A DNA stretch of 64,000 nucleotides, taken from the NCBI GenBank assembly GCA_028534125.1, contig CM052816.1:88042001-88106000 (forward strand), given 5' to 3'. The stretch's first letter is position 1; each line of letters begins with the position of its first letter. The translations under genes were made by a program, and so were the position numbers. Below the pieces are notes generated by a model, which did no database searches, was not told the DNA's origin, and saw only the letters and a list, made by a program, of their open reading frames with translations. Below, piece after piece: positions 52,130 to 64,000 of the stretch. Source of the DNA: Lama glama (Eukaryota).

Positions 52130-53589
52130 TCTAGGATGCTGTGTCTGCAAGTCCGTACACCTTTTCCACATGGTAACTCATTTAGGTAAGTGGTGGCCTG
52201 GGTATTAAATGGGAGAATAACTGCTCAGCATACTCCCATAGACAGTAAAATAGCGGAGAATCACAGCCTTGCTAAACTGGAACAATCTAGCTCTGTGTCA
52301 AAGAACAACTACTTTCTCTCTGTGACCAGAGGAGATTTCCCGTTTGACCCCCAGAGCGCTTGCAGTTCCAGACCCAACAAGTAAGTCTTGAAATGGGTGA
52401 AGGATAAGATATTTAAATTAATGACTCCTAGGCTCCGATCTACATTGACGATATCACCAATGAGTGACAAAATTGGAAAGCTTCAGGACAAAGCCTTTAT
52501 TTTTTCCCCCGGTAGCTAAGTTATCTTTATTCTGAGATTCTCTCTCTTTCTCTCTCTCTCTCTTTTTTTTGGGGGGGGGGGTTACAAATGAAATGAATAT
52601 ATAATTTGTAATCGATTTCTGTAGTGTTTATTTTGCTTTGATGACATCCTTATTCACTAAAATAAAATATGGACAATCATAATACTGGCCCCATGTTTTA
52701 TCAGTATTGTTATTGACAATGTTTGCATAAAGATGATGAAATGATACTGGTTTGAGATTTCTCAAACCATAGGAACACGACTCAATATTCTTTTCTTGAT
52801 TTTAGTTGCAATGTGTGACAACTCATTACCTTTCTCATGCCTGGAGGATGGAAAAGTGTGAGACAAACATAACATTTTCAAAATTCTCTTTTCTTATTTT
52901 CCTGGAGGTAGTTCAGATTTGCCTGCATGTTCCTCAGCATTGGCTGATGTGTAGAGTTTTGGGGAGCCCCCAGCCCAGTGTATATCCTACAGGGGCAGGA
53001 AATAAATGGGTTAAACACAAGCACACGTACGATACAATCACAGAGGTATAGATAAAGTTTTCAGTGTTGTGACTAATCATTACTGGAGTCATGACACATC
53101 CTAAAATCAATAGACAAAGAGAGGAATGAAAGATCCTGGAATAATAGGATAAAGGTTTTTTTAGAAATTTGAATAGTGGTGATGTTCAGACAAGTGAAGC
53201 CTGAAGTACTGAACACTAGAAGGAGAGATGTTCTTTATTGTTTTGTGGGGTCTGTTCATTATAAAGAGAGAACACAGAACAGTAGCAGGCACACGCAAAG
53301 GAAAACAGTGAATTCTCCAACCGAGCTCCCGAATATCGTGAAATCGGAGAAATCCTAGTAAAATTCAAACACACACGTTCTCTTTTTCCGCCACCCTCGT
53401 TTATCCCCTGCACCTAACTTGGGGAAGACCTCGTAAGTGCTGCGTGAAGTAAGTGAGCAGTCAGCCTGCTCTCACAATCTGATTACAAAAGCATTGAAGA
53501 ACAAAAGTAGCCTTTGCTGGGGATTTATTGATGATAAAGGAAGAGGTCAGAGTAACATTGTTGGGAAGATCAGCTTCCCTTCCTGCCTT

Positions 53590-54055
53590 CCTGTCCCTTG
53601 TTGTGGAATTTCATCTCTCCTCTTAGTCTAGGTGGGAGACGCTTCTCTACTCCTTTATTCGAGGCTTGTGATGTGACTTGCTTTAGTCTCTTTAGACATT
53701 AAGAGATGTGACACAAGCAGACACTTGACAGGTGCATGCACAGGTTGTTTTGCTTTTTGTTTTGCTTTGTTAATGTTCTGTAACTGCCGTGAAGAGAGCG
53801 TCAGCCAGATACCTGTTTACACGTTAAGTTGGATCCCAAAATAAAGAAGCATGGATAAGACCTCAAGCCAGCCCACAAGAGGCTGCCAAGCGCAGCTGGA
53901 CCCACAGATCGAAACAGAGCCACTAAGAACAGTTCAGCTTATTCTAGAGGCCGTATTGACAATAAGGTCCATGAGTATGAGAATAATTGCTTATTGTAGT
54001 TTGCAAAAGAGTTTTGGGGTATTTGTTACACAGCGTTTTATTGTGACAATAGCTA
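53590..54055 (+). mobile_element. MLT1 (G/H/I-like) LTR
   Basis: gatgtgacttgctttagtc...gagaataattgcttattgt...gagttttggggtatttgttacacagc...gacaatagcta. Confidence 0.7.
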
Positions 54056-56149
54056 TGATTGTTATGACAGAACTTCATAAGAATTTCCTTTAAACGTTGT
54101 CTCTGGAAATTCTCAATTGCCTTGGCAGATGTACTAATCTAGCTCCTCCTTCTTTATTTCTCCATGCTGTGATCTTATTCTTCTATTCAAAGACCTATTA
54201 ATTGAGTAAAATAACCAAGAGCACATTCAGCTTTGCAGATCTGTATCACTGCTTTCCCTTGACACAAATACCCTGAGGGCCACCAATGAGAAACATAAAT
54301 AATCCATTTGCTCAACAAGTCAAAGGAGGGGCTAGGTAATACTTACTTTTTTTTTTTCCTTCATTGGAGAAGTTACAATACACAGGGCACACTTCTGACT
54401 CATAACATGTGTGAACTCATTTCATCCAAACTCATGTTTATACCAATTTTATAACAGAGAAAAATGGGGCTTGGTGAAGAGGGGATATTATTCTGGGTAC
54501 ATAAAATATGTGGGTAGAATATGTCTGGGGAGATATCCTTCCATTTTCTAGAAGGCAGCAGACACTGGTATCTGCTACAGAAATGTGAAAATAAAATTTC
54601 AAGCTAGGAAGAGCAACACAAAGTTTATCCTGAATCCCTTTTGTACCAATATCCTGCCCTAGAGGTCTGGGGTTGTTCTTAGATTTTGGTAAGGAAGCAC
54701 CCAAGTGGGTACTCTCTGATTACCACCTGGGAGAGAGAGCTGGGGTAGGAACCCCAGATACAAAGTAATCATATCTTACTTTCAACTTTAAATTGGCTGC
54801 AGCAATCATACGCTTTTCGCTTCTCGGAAGCCATTTCCATCAAGCTTACATTGCTTGATAGAGATTATCCCAGGGCCCACCTGCAGTCCCCTCCCTTTGG
54901 CAACATAGAAGCAAATTATATTTCATGTGCTTGCTTTGCAGTTTCACATCCAGTCTCCACTCAATTCTCACCCAGTGCTCTCAAGATTAGTGAGAGAAAC
55001 ATGCCCCAGCCCTTCCCTTCCCTCTGTATCTGGGTCATTGGCTTTGTGGGGCCATATTTTCTCTGCCATCTTCTCCAAGCCCCACCGTCTGACGCCCCAA
55101 ACAAGCAAACATAACAGGGCTTTGGCAGAAAGGGTTTCAGTTGACCTTTTCCTTACAGTTTTTTTTAACCCTTTATATCCATTCTCATCTTCTAACTGGC
55201 AGCGACATTGCAGATCTGTGGCACTTGAGATTTGCTAGCGCCTGGTGAGACACCGTTGGAGTGTATAGGATCCGCCTCCCCAGTAAATCACAGGACTGAA
55301 GCGGGTGATGGCTCCGTAGGACTGAGGCTGTCTTTCGTAATAGCCAGTTTATCACGCCCACCGCTGATATTCACAAGAGCCGGCTCGCTCTGGACAAAAC
55401 CGTAATTTCTTACTTCATGTTTGTGAGTAATGACGGGGGCAGCTGGAGAGGGTAGGGGCTCGGAGGAAATCTGATTGTAGCTAAAAGTGTTGTACCGGGT
55501 GCCGAAGGGAAACGCGGGGCACACCCGTGCACTAAAACAGAGTCAGGTCTCAAAGTTCTTTTCAAGTTGCCTAAGCTCTGTGATTTAATAAACACAATAA
55601 AAATGAATATCTCCTTTTGGGAGAAAGAGCAGAAAGCAAAGACCAGCAGAAGGTTTATCCTCGGTAAATCAGGCAAGACAACAGTGTCAGAGAGTGACTC
55701 ATTTGTGATTATTATTCAGCACCTCTCAACACCTCTCCTTCCCTGGAGAGTAAGGCGACGAGGAGACCTTCAGAGTCGCCTGCTTCTCCCGTTTCAGCGT
55801 CTATTATTCTGTAGCTAATAAGGTGTTGCTGTCTTCCAAAGCATGTGTCAAAACCTCATTATGTTGCACATCCAGCATTACACATTTTGGCATTTGCTAA
55901 ATATATAAAAACAAAACTCTGCTCAAATGTGGCAAGAACACTAAAAGGAATGGCCGGACTTATGTTAGACCCTGACCTGACTGCTTGGCGTAATTGTAGG
56001 CACAAGTAGAAAATATTCTATTTCAAGACATTAATCTATTTTTGAACACTAATTCTATTTTCTACAACTGCCTAAAGTATTAGTCTTTGAAAAGGGTTTA
56101 CACTTTCAATGTTAGAAGTTAAAATGACTTTATAAATATAAATGTGCAT

Positions 56150-57165
56150 ATAGTACCATATTATCAGAGTTTAAGTTTTCATGTCTATTTGTTGTCTGAT
56201 CCCCACTTAAATATACTTTTATTTCTTCCCTATTTATCTTTATGTCCCTAAAGACAGAAGTTTAGAGACAATCAAAGCATACATTGTTATGGCTGTGCAT
56301 GGGTATGCCCTTGATTTCCCTCAACCTAATACATTTGGGAACCGAATGGTCACTTTGGAGGTAGACAATTCCTATGTATTTTTTTCCTATGTATGCGTCC
56401 TCAATCTCACCTTCCAGTGGTGTAAATCACATCTGAACACATTAGCTATTCCACTAATTTATAGTCTTGAAGAAGTCTTCCTCCGTCTTGTCCGGCCCAC
56501 TCCAGTCAGGCAGGACTGCGCTCTAGAATTCCAGCACCCAGTGCCTGTGAGCTCCTCCTTAGTCATCCCGTTGCATTCCTTTTATCTCTCTCTCGTGTTC
56601 ACCCCCTCTTTCTCAGAACTTCTCATTTTCTGCTGTAGTTGCTTCCTTGTTTTGGTGGAGCAAACACCCCCTCCCCAGTTGCTTCCTGCAACAGGATGCA
56701 TGGTGGGTAAAAATTTTGAGATCTTGGGTCATAAAATAGGAAAGATGCCAAACAAAATGAGGGTTATCTTCAGGATTTAGGGCAGAAAAGCAGCAAGGCA
56801 GACAGACAAGTAGACAGGAGTTCTAATTGTCTAACAGAGATGGAGACTGAGGTTGGACTAAGATGGAGGATTCCCTGGAGCAGCTACAGAGGTGGATCCC
56901 TGATGATTTGAAAGTTCGCCATCTTGAGTCTTGTTTTGGGTCTATTTTCATCCATCATGCAGGGCTCTTAGAGAAACGTTTTAATCTGGAAATTCATGTC
57001 TTTCTTCTAGGAAATAAACTGGAGAATACATTGTTGATTTTTCTGGGTCCCATTTTCATCTCCTTGCCTTCCAGTTTTGGATCCTACTTTCCATCCATTT
57101 GTCTTTTTGCTTTGCTTTCTTGAAGATTTCCTCAACTGTCTCTTTTAACTTTTATTATTCACTTG
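56150..57165 (-). mobile_element. Old L1/HAL1-like fragments, interrupted
   Basis: ggatgcatggtgggtaaaaattttgaga and ttctttttgctttgctttcttgaagatttcctcaact are typical of antisense L1ME/HAL1 ORF1. Confidence 0.5.
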
Positions 57166-57169
57166 TGCA

Positions 57170-57798
57170 TTTTTTTAAACATTTTTTATATTGAAGTATA
57201 GTTGGTTTACAATGTTGTACTAATTTCTGGTGTACAGCATAGTGATTCAGTTACACATATATGTATATTCCTTTTCATATTCTCTTTCCTTATAAGCCAT
57301 TACAAGGTACTGAATATTGTTCCCTGTGCTGTATAGTAGGACCTTATTGTTTATCTATTTTATATATAGTAATTAGTATCTGCAAATCTCGAACTCTCAA
57401 TTTATCCCTTCCCGACCTCTTTCCTCCATGGTAACCATAAGTTTGTTTTTTTATGTCTGTGAATCTGTTTTATAAATAAGATCCTTTGTGTCTTTTTTTT
57501 TTTTAGATTCCACATATAAGTGATATCAGATGGTATTTTTCTTTTTCTTTCTCTTTCTGACTTACTTCACTTAGAATGACTTTCTCCAGTTCCATCCATG
57601 TTGCTGCAACTGGCATTATTTTATTCTTTTTTATGGCTGAGTAGTATTCCATTACACACACACACACACACCACTTCTTTATTCAGTCATCTGTTGATAG
57701 AAATTTAAGTTGCTTCCTTGTCTTGGCTGTTGTAAATAGTGCTGCTGTGAACACTGGGGTGCATGCATCTTTTTGATTCAGAGTTTCCTCCAGATATA
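57170..57798 (-). mobile_element. Relatively young 5'-truncated L1 3' end, with (CA)n at about 57654-57671
   Basis: ttgaagtatagttggtttacaatg...ttagattccacatataagtgata...tccatccatgttgctgcaactggcattattttattctttt...aatagtgctgctgtgaacactggggtgcatg is the antisense L1 3' UTR and ORF2 end. Confidence 0.9.
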
Positions 57799-60094
57799 TT
57801 TGTTATCTTTATGGTTGATTGCTGATCTGAGAACTATGTTCTGAGTAACAAGATTCTAAAAAAGAGCCTCATTTAGGTTTAATAAGACACTACCTTTGTT
57901 GATTACCTGCAAATCACCTTCATAACCAAAAGGGGGGAAACCGTGGGACAGACCATACAGAAGGCAACAATATAGAGATAGAATTTTATAATATTACTTT
58001 GTATTGCAATAATTTTAATAGATGTCAGTTATTCATACCTTTATCCATTCACTTATTTATTCAATAGATATTTCTTCAGTGCTCATTACATGGAAGGTAT
58101 TATTCTAAGTTCTGTACATAGCAAGAAAAATCTTTTTCATCAGAGTGTATCTGCTATACATTCCAGTAATAGTGATAACAGTGCAAGAAGTATGTAGAGA
58201 GAGCAAAAATTAAGAAAATAATTGAATGACTAAAGTTTGGAAAACCTCACCATGTATATAGAAGCCTGAAGGACCAAGATATATATGAGAAGTCTAGATT
58301 AGGTGCAAACAGACCGAGGTAATAAAAATGCCTGATTTCTTGGGAACTCAGAGTTCCTGAAAAATCATGTGGGGAGGTAGATGGTTGAAGTGAGACTGGA
58401 GACTTGATAAAGACAGCATCGAGAGACGCGATGGTGGTCACTTGCCAAAATTTGATGGGCAAAGCAGAAACTTCATTATGTAGGTATGAAGTCAGGAAGC
58501 ACTGAAGCAGTAGCTTCAGGGATATAAATCAAATAAATTGAGATATCACTTTTAAATTCAGTTGGGAAAGCATGTTGTAGAACTAGAATAGTTCCAATGA
58601 GTTTCTGACAAAAAGGTTATTTGAAAATTTTGAATCAGAGGCCCTTTAATTGGATTTAGAAAGGCTGAAGATTTGCCTGGGCTTCTATCATGTGAGACAT
58701 AGATCCCACCAGGTAAAAATAAGCCACAATCAGACATGATTATAGAAAGGTACACTTTCTTCTGTTTTGTCTGCTTTGGGACCTGTAATCTTTACTAATT
58801 AATATGATTCCAAAGTCCTGGACATCTTATAGACTGTATAGAAGCATTTTGTTCTTTAATATTGGGTTTAAGGAGACCCGAATAATTTCTTGAAATGATT
58901 CAGCTGACATTTTACAGTGAGCAATAGGCAACCTGTGCTACAACATGAACTACCTCACTAAAGACTAGGAGAAAATCTGGAAGAAGTGTGAGCAGTCTCT
59001 TCTCTGGCTGAGTCTGGATCAAACTTTTCAATTCACTTACATTATTCCACAAATATTTACTGAGCAGTTGCTCTGTGCCAAAGACGTTGCATACAGAAAA
59101 GCGGGTGAGAGAGCACAGCGTGGCGCCTTTGTTTGCAAATGTGGCATGTGCTGTGGGGCTGTGAGGCTCACTTCTTCCCTCCAGGATTTCTCATCTTTTT
59201 TTAGGCACGGGCCTTAAAGAAGCCTCCGTGATGCTGCAGCCCTTTGCCTCTCTGAGTATTTCCCATCAGTGTTGCTTTGTTCCGCGATGTTAACGCTGCA
59301 GACTCTTCGGGACTCTTCTGGCTTGCGTTGTCTTAGTTGTGGGGATCAGGGGAGGTGGGGCATGAATCCATCTTTTGGAATATTTATTTTCTGTTGAAAG
59401 TCCAAATCGAAGTGATTACCCACAGGGAAGAAAAAGAAACATCATGACATCTCTCATGTAATTTCTAACATTTGGTTGTTACAGAGGCATAGCTCCCAGG
59501 TCACTACCAATTTTTAATGCATCTATGTGGTTTTATGTTAATAAATAATATATTATGTTAATAAACCTAATATAGCACAATATAAATGATATGCTATAGC
59601 CCTTTATAATTATTTGGAATAGCTCTTTAGTAGATTAGATACCTGTCTTATGTAGATTGTATTATTAGTTACTGGCTAAATTTTGGTTGATTACTGTCAG
59701 AAATAATACCTAGCATATCAACTTTACTTGAATAATCACTAAATAGTGTTTTCTTTCTTTCCATCTTTCTTTCCTCTTTCCTTTCTTCCCTCTTTCCTTT
59801 CTTCTTTTGTTTCTTCCTTTCTTCAATAGATACTGAGAAACATATGTTATGCCCTGGGATAGATACTGGCATGCATGAGCATATATTCTGAAATTCATGA
59901 CCATGTAGTTTAGAGGGCTGGTGCCAAACAGAGCGATGATTATAAGAAGATACACTGGAAATACCAATTTTGAAATTATGTCTTTAAAAGTAATCTCTAG
60001 GTATTTATATCTATAACTAATTACATACACATTTTATTAACATACTTATACAAATAAAATATTATAAATCATTTGAGGATTACAAAATTTTAGA

Positions 60095-60250
60095 CAAATT
60101 TTCTTATCTTAATTTTCTCATCTTTATAATGGGAATTATGATGAGTTATTGTGAGAACAAAAATGAGTACCATTACAAGCATTAAATAATATAATAAGCA
60201 TGTAGCACTTAGTGTGGTTCTTGGCTCATAGTTGATATTAAAAATGTTAT
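60095..60250 (+). mobile_element. MIR fragment
   Basis: cttaattttctcatctttataatggga...gttattgtgag...gcacttagtgtggttcttggctcatag. Confidence 0.55.
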
Positions 60251-63200
60251 AATAATGATAATAATGTTAATAATTATAATAATTGTTGTTAAATAGAGTC
60301 CTTTTAAATTAAACTTCCAAACAACTCTCTTATTTGTTACATTTTCATTCTATTTACGTTTCTTAGAAGGTGTCTTTCTGGACTATTGGAATGTCATTCC
60401 TTAAATGCCTCTGAAGACTGACGGCTTTGCCATTGGAAGTCCTCAAATATTTGAGGCCTTTTGAATTCTAAATGGGCTCAAACTTTGACATTGTTCTTTT
60501 TCTAAGGAATAAGAGTGCCTGCCTTTGATTTTTCCAAACACAATAAACTGGAAAGCTTGTAACTTTAGCCTAGTTACTAGCAAGTTCTTTAATTAGGGTC
60601 TCGATTGACCACATCCAGGGACTGCCTGTATTGCATTGTACCAAGTATTTATTTTCGAAGGACACTATGCCAGGGTCTCTGGTTATTATGAGAGATGCCT
60701 TCAGAAGGCACTGGCCTTCAAAAGATCTACAAGCCAGGAATGAAGCTAACTGTGAACATAAAGATCTGTAGTATGAGGTGGCATGCAATAAGTACTTTAA
60801 TAGAAGTAGAAAGTTTTATAAAAGCACAGAGGAAGAGAAAATTAATTCTAGCTGGAAAGGTTGTGGGTAAATTCTTAGTGGTTACAATATTTAAATTTAC
60901 ATTTTAAGAGTGGCTATATTTACAGCAAATATAAACATTGCAGATGGGAAGACCCCCAGGGGAAGAGTATGAATTAAATCATAGAGGTAGAAAGACTATA
61001 TTTGGGAACTGAGAAGTGAAGTTTTCCTGGAAGACAAGGCAAATAGTGAGAAATTAGCTGGAAAGAGAATTTGGACCATGAAGAAATGTCTTTTCCATCA
61101 CAGGTTCTGTCTTCAATTTGTTTGGGTTCCCATGAGAAAATTCAAGATATGTGGTCATCCTCCTCCCACCCCCATTCTTCATGATTACTTATCTCCATTC
61201 AGCTTGACATTGTTTACTTACCAAAAGTTTCTTTCTTAAAATTTAAACTCTCTCTTCAAAATTTTTATTTAAGGAATTTTAATCTACATTTCGTGGCCAC
61301 AATTATGGATACTTCCCATAATTTCTTCCTAAAATAAACTAACCTTTTGATTAATTTTGATAATTAAAGCAGTGTTGAATATTCAAGGTGGTGCTTTTAC
61401 TACATAAGGTCACACTTGTCATTAAGAGGGAACATTTTAATTTTATGATGACTTTAATAAAAAATCAAAGCTGTTACAAACATTAAGTGGCATATAACTC
61501 ACACAATTTTCTTTACATTTTTAATAAGGTTGTTTTATATAGTTTAATTATGGTATATCATTATTTAAAATTTCAGTCTTTTTTGGAAGTATTTGGTTGG
61601 TGTCATAAGAAAGAAAGAAACATTTTACCTTATAAATTATGTCAGGAATATTTGTAAATCTTCATATAAAACTATTTTTGCTGCAAACATACATACACAT
61701 AACTAACATGTTGTATATTCATGTTTCTATGATTGTTTCAGAGTTGGCTTAAATACAGTAAAAAAAAAAGAAAAAGTTTCATTTTGAGATAGCTCAGAAA
61801 CTTGGAGGTATATAGGACAGGCTAATGGTAATTGTCTCTAGAAACTTCAGATCACCTTTGTCAGTAAATTTTCATCCAACATAACACATTCCATGCTTCA
61901 TTTCTCTTCAGTAATATCAAGGGTTCACTTTGGACATTTTTTGTTGCTGCTGTTAGCAAAATAGAAAAGAAATCGATGTCATATGTTCTGAGGATGCTGG
62001 AAGCTTTCCAGATGTCCAGCGTCACATGCAGCCAATAATTGTGACCAATGAATTTCTACCCCTGGACTGACATTAAAAATTTCTCTCAGGCAGATCTTTA
62101 AAGCAAATCTGTGACCATTAGTGGATGGGGCCACTGAAAATGACATTCCTGGCTGTGTGGCTCTATTTACAAATTTTCTTCCTTTCTAGTACCTTATTGA
62201 GCAATGTTTCAGTTGATCATAATTTCTAGCAATTCTTATTGAAATCAAAATTTTATGTTGATTTTTTAAACAATTTTTTCAGATTTAGTCATAAGCAGCT
62301 ATTTAATTTTTTGATTATTTTTATTTTCTAATGACTCTGCAAATATAGAGTAGAAAACTTAAAGTTTTACTTATTTTCTTTTGTATTTTTCTCCAGCAAT
62401 ATTCTGAGACCTTTTCCTTGTGCTATTAGAAGAATTCTATTGACCACAATAAATAAATAAATCTAAAAAGTGATAAGCTACCATAGGTTAACACCTCATG
62501 AATCTATAGTATCACTTTCTAAAGTGTCTGGGAAACCTGGAGTGTCAACTAGCTTCGCCATCTGTCAGTCACACCATAAACAGTTACTTTTGTCTCATAC
62601 GTGTTCGGTCATTTGTCAATCTTAGAGAGTTTATATTTTGTTGATTTCAAAATGACAGCTAAATGATGTTTGTTTACTCATTAGTTGGACTGTAGATTAC
62701 CTTGCTTGGCACTCGGTGTCTCTACCAAGTGCAATCTTTGAAGGTTATTATGACAACTTGAAGTTTTATAGGAGAATGGAAGGGAAAGAGGTAGAGTTCC
62801 CACAATCTGCTGAGAATTGATGTAACTTGAATTGCATCATATTCATGCGACAGCTTCTGAAATTGTCTGTGTGCACCAGAAAGAATGTGCCATCTCTTAG
62901 ATATCGGAGCTGAGAAAAAATATTTCTTGCCACTTTTTGATTGCTCAAGATGTGAAGATAATAATCTACAATTTAATCTATTTGGAAAAGAGTTGGTATT
63001 AAACATATTCATTGTTTCTAGGAAAAATTCATGTATTACAATTTTTCAAGATCACATATATATATATTTTTCTTGCAGTCCTTTGATGACTCTCAAACTT
63101 TATCCAATTAAGTATATATGACTGACTGTCTATCATTCCAGCTGAAGGGGCTGATAGCATGCCTCATTTACGTCCAGAGTTCATTACTCAAAACCAACAT

Positions 63201-64000
63201 TAAGTAGAGGCATGAAAGCCAATCTGCCTTCCCTAAATGTATCTGGTAGCTCCCATGGGAAAGGAGTTGTTTAGCCTGGTTCATTCTTCTCCTGGAGCTT
63301 GCATTACAGCCAAGAGCCACACTGCTGAATGAAGTGAGGTTCAAGGGGCTCTGTACAGTGCTGGAATGGGCATCCAGGCTCTGCTTGCTCTCAAACATGG
63401 GGTGGTCTTAATATCTTTACCATCATGCATAATCATTTGAAGGAAGCCTGCCTCATTATCTACCTGTACATTCAGTGATGGGCACTTGTACCTGCCCACT
63501 TTGGCAGGACTTGGGTCTCTCTTGGAGGGTGGGATTGGGCTCCCTTTCCTCAGTGGCCACAGGTGGGGAGTCGGCACCCTTCTGGGCACTGACACACTTC
63601 TCCTGGCAAGAGGTGGTTTGTTGTCAGCAGCTCAGCTGGTCCCCGAGGAAAGAAAGAAAGAGCAGCAGTGTGGCTACTGGGGTGCTGTAGTTTCCCAAAG
63701 TGTCCCGTTTGTGGCTCAGAGAAAATCCCTGCCACTCTAGTAGACAGAAAATTGCTTCTGGAACAGCAGGTTTTTTAACAGAAGGATGAGCCCTCTGTGA
63801 TGCTCTCTGTCAAGGAAGTTCCGTGTGTTAATAGAATACATGGATATGGAACCATGATTTCTGCTCCCTACTCAGCACTAGGACAAGCCTACTCATTTCT
63901 GTTTCCTTCCTGCATGGAACCATAATGTACCTCCTTGCTAGATTTTTGGTTTGGACCACAAATGTTAACCCCATTAGTATTCTCAGAGAAGGGATGTGTG

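Noticed and set aside
52535..52582. (CT)n-T(n)-G(n) run as a G-quadruplex or SINE remnant
   Set aside because: A single short homopolymer stretch with no SINE body or TSD; treated as simple low-complexity sequence.
1..64000. Remaining short ORFs (60-125 aa) and any novel multi-gene system
   Set aside because: They are low-complexity or repeat-derived, as expected by chance in intronic DNA. I see no operon-like, viral coding or RNA-gene structure.

Overview
Mammalian, AT-rich genomic DNA. It is very probably camelid (alpaca/llama/camel), judged from two copies of a tRNA-derived SINE resembling the camelid vic-1 type. The only clearly supported coding sequence is one 295-bp internal exon on the + strand (8853-9147) of a type II classical cadherin, which I recognise as CDH12 (EC1 domain into the start of EC2). 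The ORF track misses it because it has no ATG. The rest looks like a large intron full of old and lineage-specific repeats: L1/HAL1, L2, L3, MIR, MLT1/MLT2 LTRs, ERV solo LTRs, and MER58/MER91A/MER47-type DNA transposons. There are also microsatellites, several local tandem duplications and a 500-N scaffold gap (30972-31471). I found no prokaryote-type or multi-gene novel system. The most notable items are a SINE whose TSD-bounded tail carries an L1-ORF2-like fragment (possible 3' transduction), a CpG-rich, apparently young solo LTR with a perfect 6-bp TSD, an extended CTCF motif, a CpG-rich segment I cannot assign to a repeat, and a perfect 60-bp alternating purine/pyrimidine tract. Repeat family names come from recalled consensus similarity, not a database search, and boundaries of old repeats are approximate.
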